From an uncultured bacterium (GTDB lineage Bacteria > Hydrothermota > UBA3073 > NMUJ01 > CBEVQO01): 64,000 nucleotides of DNA. Where the stretch lies: positions 70,394 through 134,393 of the forward strand of contig CBEVQO010000006.1 of assembly GCA_965552055.1 (NCBI GenBank), read 5' to 3'. The position numbers were made by a program, and so were the translations under genes. Below the pieces are notes generated by a model. The model had not been told where the DNA came from. It worked only from the letters and a program-made list of their open reading frames with translations, and ran no database searches. This document shows, piece by piece, positions 59,911 to 64,000 of this stretch; within the stretch, counting starts at the first letter, position 1, and each line of letters opens with the position of its first letter.

Positions 59911-60418
59911 CTAACTGCAATTTTTCTGCCCAATTTTTGATGTAATTTTTATCAATTTTTTGCACTTCTGCGATATTCTTTGCATCTATAAAATCATGTT
60001 CACGACCGCTCATTAATTTTAACAAAATTATATCTTCTGGAGTGGCTATCTTAATCTTCTTGCCCTCAAAATCTATTTCCCTGCCCCTATTTATCACATT
60101 CATAAAAAAATCTTCATCTGAAAAAACAAAATCAACCGTTATAAAATCATCACCAACAGGATAAAGAGCTCTTAAAAATTTCATTCTTCTAAATTCCATA
60201 ATCTCATCGTGTGTTAAAAATTTTTCGCTTCCCAAAATGTCTATCAGTTTTTTGAAATTTTTTGATTTCATTGCAATTAAAACATCTACATCAACGGTAG
60301 CACGGGGACGAGACCACACACTCACCGCTATCCCGCCAATTATGGCATAATCCAGATTATTATCCTGCAATAACTTCACAACTTTTAACATTACATCAAT
60401 TAAATCATTTGACTTCAT
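59888..60418 (-). CDS. nucleotidyltransferase (GG.A..RAT.DVD type)
   Basis: IIGGIAV, RATVDVD, PEDIILLKL..R..D..D. Confidence 0.8.
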   Translation of the reverse strand: MKSNDLIDVMLKVVKLLQDNNLDYAIIGGIAVSVWSRPRATVDVDVLIAMKSKNFKKLIDILGSEKFLTHDEIMEFRRMKFLRALYPVGDDFITVDFVFSDEDFFMNVINRGREIDFEGKKIKIATPEDIILLKLMSGREHDFIDAKNIAEVQKIDKNYIKNWAEKLQLDVSKVFK

Positions 60419-60581
60419 CTATTTTGCATCTTCTCATAATTTCTTTCTTTATCTCTTTTTCTGTCCAATCTTTATTTTCCGATTTTATCTGTGCACGCAT
60501 AAGATTTATGCACAAAGATGTTATTTCAGCCCATTTTCTTATTTTATCTTCAGGATTATTTTCTGATTTTCTCCGTTGCAT
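60405..60581 (-). CDS. small helical protein, probable partner of the nucleotidyltransferase
   Basis: Not in ORF track: 58 aa MQRRKSENNPEDKIRKWAEI..DWTEKEIKKEIMRR; overlaps both neighbours and fills the gap. Confidence 0.6.
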   Translation of the reverse strand: MQRRKSENNPEDKIRKWAEITSLCINLMRAQIKSENKDWTEKEIKKEIMRRCKIDEVK

Positions 60582-61464
60582 TCAAAGCAGCTATTGCACC
60601 TTCTGCACAGGCACAAACAACCTGTTTCACAGAACCACTCCGCACATCACCACATGCAAATACATTCTCCAAATTCGTCTCAAATTTATCGTCCGTTATT
60701 ATAAATCCTTTTTCATCAAGTTTTATTTTATCTTTTAAGAATGCGGTATTTGGAGATACTCCGATATAAACAAAAAGCCCATCAACATCGAGTTCGAGCT
60801 TTTTGCCTGTATCAAGTTCTTCAATTACAACTTTCTCTAATTTCTCTTTGCCTTTCAATTCTCTTATTTCATATCCAAGATAAAATTTTGTATTTTCTTT
60901 TTTCTTTACTCTATCTGCTAATAACTTATCTCCTGCTATAAATTTGTGAGATGCTACAAAAATAACTTCTTTTGCGAGTTCAGAAAGATAAAGACCTTCC
61001 TGAAGTCCTGAGTTACCGCATCCGCGCACCACAACGCGCTTGCCACGATAAAAATGACCATCACAAACAGCACAAAAAGAAATGCCCCTGCCTATAAACC
61101 TGTCTTCCTCGGGTAAACCCAGCTTCTTCGGACTTACACCCGTAGCAATTATCACACCTTTTGCTTCAATTTCTTTCTCATAAGTTTTAACAAGATAAAA
61201 ATCACCTTTGGGGACCAAATCTATAACTTCATCCATCAAAATCTCTATTTCAAAATATTCAAGCTGTTTTCTCATATTTTCAGCAAGTTCAAATCCTGTT
61301 ATTCCCTGCGGGAAGCCAGGATAATTTTCAATCTTATGGATTTTCGATAGCATACCACCGATGCCAAGTTTCTCAATCAAAATAGGCTCAACACCTGCAC
61401 GCTTTGCATAAATAGAAGCAGTTACACCTGCAGGACCACCGCCTATAACGGCAAGCTCTACCAT
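60556..61464 (-). CDS. trxB: thioredoxin reductase
   Basis: GGGPAG, ENYPGF, CAVCDG, FACGDV. Confidence 0.92.
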   Translation of the reverse strand: MVELAVIGGGPAGVTASIYAKRAGVEPILIEKLGIGGMLSKIHKIENYPGFPQGITGFELAENMRKQLEYFEIEILMDEVIDLVPKGDFYLVKTYEKEIEAKGVIIATGVSPKKLGLPEEDRFIGRGISFCAVCDGHFYRGKRVVVRGCGNSGLQEGLYLSELAKEVIFVASHKFIAGDKLLADRVKKKENTKFYLGYEIRELKGKEKLEKVVIEELDTGKKLELDVDGLFVYIGVSPNTAFLKDKIKLDEKGFIITDDKFETNLENVFACGDVRSGSVKQVVCACAEGAIAALNATEKIRK

Positions 61465-61754
61465 TTTAACCCCCTCAACCATTCTTCATCAACATTAAAA
61501 ACTTCTTTAACACGATTTATCAACCAATCAGGCACTTCTACATCTAATCTTTCGTATTTTTTATATTCTTCCTCTTTTAATCCCAATTTTTCTGCAAATT
61601 CCCTTTCTGTAAGATTTAATTTCTCGCGTAATATCCAGAGACGAACAGATGCGCCATCCCTTCCATGCCATACATCATTCAAACGAAAACTACGGGATGA
61701 CACATTGCGTGAAACAAATTTAAGGAATTCAACAAAATCTTTAAGCATTTTCAA
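61458..61754 (-). CDS. XRE-type HTH protein
   Basis: LREKLNLTEREFAEKLG..YE..FNVDEEWL. Confidence 0.75.
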   Translation of the reverse strand: MKMLKDFVEFLKFVSRNVSSRSFRLNDVWHGRDGASVRLWILREKLNLTEREFAEKLGLKEEEYKKYERLDVEVPDWLINRVKEVFNVDEEWLRGLKW

Positions 61755-62232
61755 TCTCCTTTAACTTTTCTATATCATTTAAATCAATAGGTCTGCCTGC
61801 TTTTTCTTTCAATTTTATGAGATTTGATTTACTTATCACCCATACTTCAAAATCGTTTATCTTTTTTCTCTCCCTTTCAATTTCATCATACTTTTCTGTT
61901 AAACTCACATCTACCTGAAGTGGAAAAGGGAAACCAGATAAATCAACAAAATTTATAACCTTTGCACCTTTCCATTTTATCCATTCCTCTCTTTTTTCTT
62001 CAAACATCAAATCTTCGGGATTTATGGGAACTCTCGGCTTTAAATTAAACTTTTTAAGGATTTTCAAAAATTTTTTAACATTTTCTTTTTCAAAATTTAT
62101 AATTATATCAATATCTGCGGTAAATCGTAGCACACCGTGCAATATAACCGCTATCCCGCCAATTAATACATATTCAACTTTTTCTTCTTCAAGTGATTTT
62201 AAAAATGAAGTTATTTTTTCTGTAAAACTCAA
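61741..62232 (-). CDS. nucleotidyltransferase (GG.A..RFT.DID type)
   Basis: LIGGIAVILHG, RFTADID, LIKLK..GRPID..D. Confidence 0.8.
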   Translation of the reverse strand: MSFTEKITSFLKSLEEEKVEYVLIGGIAVILHGVLRFTADIDIIINFEKENVKKFLKILKKFNLKPRVPINPEDLMFEEKREEWIKWKGAKVINFVDLSGFPFPLQVDVSLTEKYDEIERERKKINDFEVWVISKSNLIKLKEKAGRPIDLNDIEKLKEIENA

Positions 62233-63704
62233 GCAGTTACGAGAGCTTCTTCTTTCTCTGGTACAGGGATTCCGTTTTTCTCCATATATTCATAATAGTA
62301 TTTTCTATTGAGGATGCATCCAGGGTCAGGACCTTTATAATCGTTGAAATAGGCGTATGCCCTTGCTCTACAGCCTCCACAAACCGCCTGATACTCGCAT
62401 TTGGCACAATGACCCCACAAACCTTTGGGGTCCCTTATCTCCTTCATTATTGGATGTTCCCACAGCTCTCTGAATGATTTTTCTTTCAAATTACCGATTG
62501 TCAAATACGGCATGTAAACACAGGGTGTTAAGCGACCATCTGGCTGAATCGCACAATAAGACCTGCCTGCACCACATCCACCAACTATATGCGCTATTGT
62601 ACCCAGTTCCTTTGCTTTCGCATCAGCATAATGAGAGAAAATTATCGTATCTCCACCCTGCTGGATGCAGTATCTAGCAAGCTGTGGAGCAGTTGACGCT
62701 ACACAGTGATAGCCCATATCAAGCTGGTCATACATTATTTTAAATGCTTCTTCTCTTTGCTCGGGTGTAGGGTCAAATTCAAAATCTCCCCTCCCAACAG
62801 GTATATAATTGTAAACTATCAATTTATATGCTCCAAGTTCTCGCAGTAATTTAAACATACCTGGTAAATCTTTATAACTTTGTCTCGTTAATGTAAACTG
62901 AATACAGGTTGTTATCCCAACATCTATAAGGTTTTTAATCCCCTGCACCGCCTTCTCCCACATTCCAGGTACACCTCTAAATTCGTCGTGACGCTTTGGA
63001 TCAGGCGAATCTATACTAACAGCGATGTAGCCAAATCCTATTTCTTTTGCCCTTTCAGCATATTCTTTATTCGCAAATAATGTTCCGTTTGTCGCTATTG
63101 AAATGTAAAAGCCACGCTTTTTCGCTTCCTCTGCAATCTCAAAGAAATGAGGATGTATTAAAGGCTCTCCCCCAGAGAAAAATATCGTTGGTACCCCTTC
63201 TTTATCCAGCTCTTCCAAAACTTTATATTTCTCTTCAAGGGTTAATTCATCCTTTTTACCTTTTCGCAAAACTCCTGCATCTTCATAACAGTGTTTGCAA
63301 CGCAAATTACACATATAAGTGAAATTCCAGACAACCATAACAGGTGAATAAAACCACTGGGGAGTCCTCAATCCATATTTATCAAGCGACTTAAATGAAA
63401 GCAACAAAATTTTTCTTATCGTTCTATCTTTCAGATATTCTTTAAATTCCTCCTCTGTCCTGTTAAACGCTCTCCTCACTATATCAATGACCTTTCGCAA
63501 CGGATAATCCCTTATCCTTTTGAGTATGTTCCTGTTTTTGTGAGAATCGTTTATATAATCATCAAGGATATGCTCAAGCCGTGTCCTTCCATCGGGTTCA
63601 ACTTTTACGGCATCCCTTATTATAGACTTGGATAGTGCATTCTCGAGCATAAATTTTACCCTGACTACATCGAATTTACGCTTAGATACTACCCATAAAC
63701 CCAT
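62229..63704 (-). CDS. radical SAM/SPASM protein (NirJ/Ahb-like) with N-terminal extension
   Basis: CNLRCKHC, SGGEP, CGAG..TPC..CAKC..CGGCRARA..DPGC. Confidence 0.9.
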   Translation of the reverse strand: MGLWVVSKRKFDVVRVKFMLENALSKSIIRDAVKVEPDGRTRLEHILDDYINDSHKNRNILKRIRDYPLRKVIDIVRRAFNRTEEEFKEYLKDRTIRKILLLSFKSLDKYGLRTPQWFYSPVMVVWNFTYMCNLRCKHCYEDAGVLRKGKKDELTLEEKYKVLEELDKEGVPTIFFSGGEPLIHPHFFEIAEEAKKRGFYISIATNGTLFANKEYAERAKEIGFGYIAVSIDSPDPKRHDEFRGVPGMWEKAVQGIKNLIDVGITTCIQFTLTRQSYKDLPGMFKLLRELGAYKLIVYNYIPVGRGDFEFDPTPEQREEAFKIMYDQLDMGYHCVASTAPQLARYCIQQGGDTIIFSHYADAKAKELGTIAHIVGGCGAGRSYCAIQPDGRLTPCVYMPYLTIGNLKEKSFRELWEHPIMKEIRDPKGLWGHCAKCEYQAVCGGCRARAYAYFNDYKGPDPGCILNRKYYYEYMEKNGIPVPEKEEALVTA

Positions 63705-63722
63705 AACCCCTCCTTATCATTT

Positions 63723-63749
63723 TTAATAATCAAATGACAGGTTTGTCAA
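63723..63749 (-). promoter_or_regulatory. promoter TTGACA-N15-TATTAA
   Basis: followed by AAGGAGG RBS. Confidence 0.5.
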
Positions 63750-63949
63750 GTATAAAATGAAAAAATTTTTAATGCGAGCGTAAGCGAACCTATTACATAT
63801 CTTTCAAAAAATCAAAATCTTCATCCGATGTGTCACCTACTGCTGAAATCGAATATTTTGAAGGCTTTAATACTGCCTGACAAAGACGAAATAAAAGAGA
63901 ACAGATTAGAATAAATTCGTTTCAAGAGTTAATGCAAATACTTTGATTT

Positions 63950-64000
63950 TTATTTGATTTTCACAACCTTTATCGCCTTCGTCTCGGTTCCTTTCTTTAC
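63950..64000 (-). CDS. C-terminal end of a protein with T9SS-type sorting tail (partial)
   Basis: ..VKKGTETKAIKVVKIK*. Confidence 0.4.
   Translation of the reverse strand, partial: VKKGTETKAIKVVKIK

Noticed and set aside
830..63322. Many 60-175 aa ORFs antisense or out of frame to recognised genes
   Set aside because: Shadow ORFs without motifs
63705..63950. RiPP precursor peptide for the SPASM enzyme
   Set aside because: No convincing short ORF with an RBS seen
1..64000. CRISPR array, rRNA, intein, integron attC array
   Set aside because: No regularly spaced repeats or diagnostic motifs found by eye

Overview
AT-rich, very densely packed bacterial chromosome segment. A PorX/PorY-like pair, PorV-like and ComEA-barrel proteins, a T9SS-type C-terminal tail, an LPS GT9 and a tungsten-type AOR suggest an anaerobic diderm of the FCB group, possibly candidate phylum WOR-3 (inference). 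Mostly housekeeping genes (dnaE, xerC, gatCA, recJ, glyS, dapB, argF, rpmE, topA, lgt, yidCD, rnpA, rpmH, clpXP, tig, trxB), a tmRNA-tRNA-Asn-tRNA-Arg cluster and an S9 peptidase pseudogene. Highlights: (1) a flgM-motA-motB unit whose MotB has an insertion in the OmpA domain and two C-terminal ComEA-type helix-hairpin-helix domains, facing a chemosensory operon that ends in a lid-less DnaK and a J-domain protein; (2) an IS110-family element whose ends, sub-terminal inverted repeats and putative bridge RNA can be read by eye, with a guide apparently programmed to the -35 promoter box; (3) a window-wide promoter pattern TTGACA-N15-TAnnnT with many apparently leaderless genes. All product calls come from motif recognition, not database searches.
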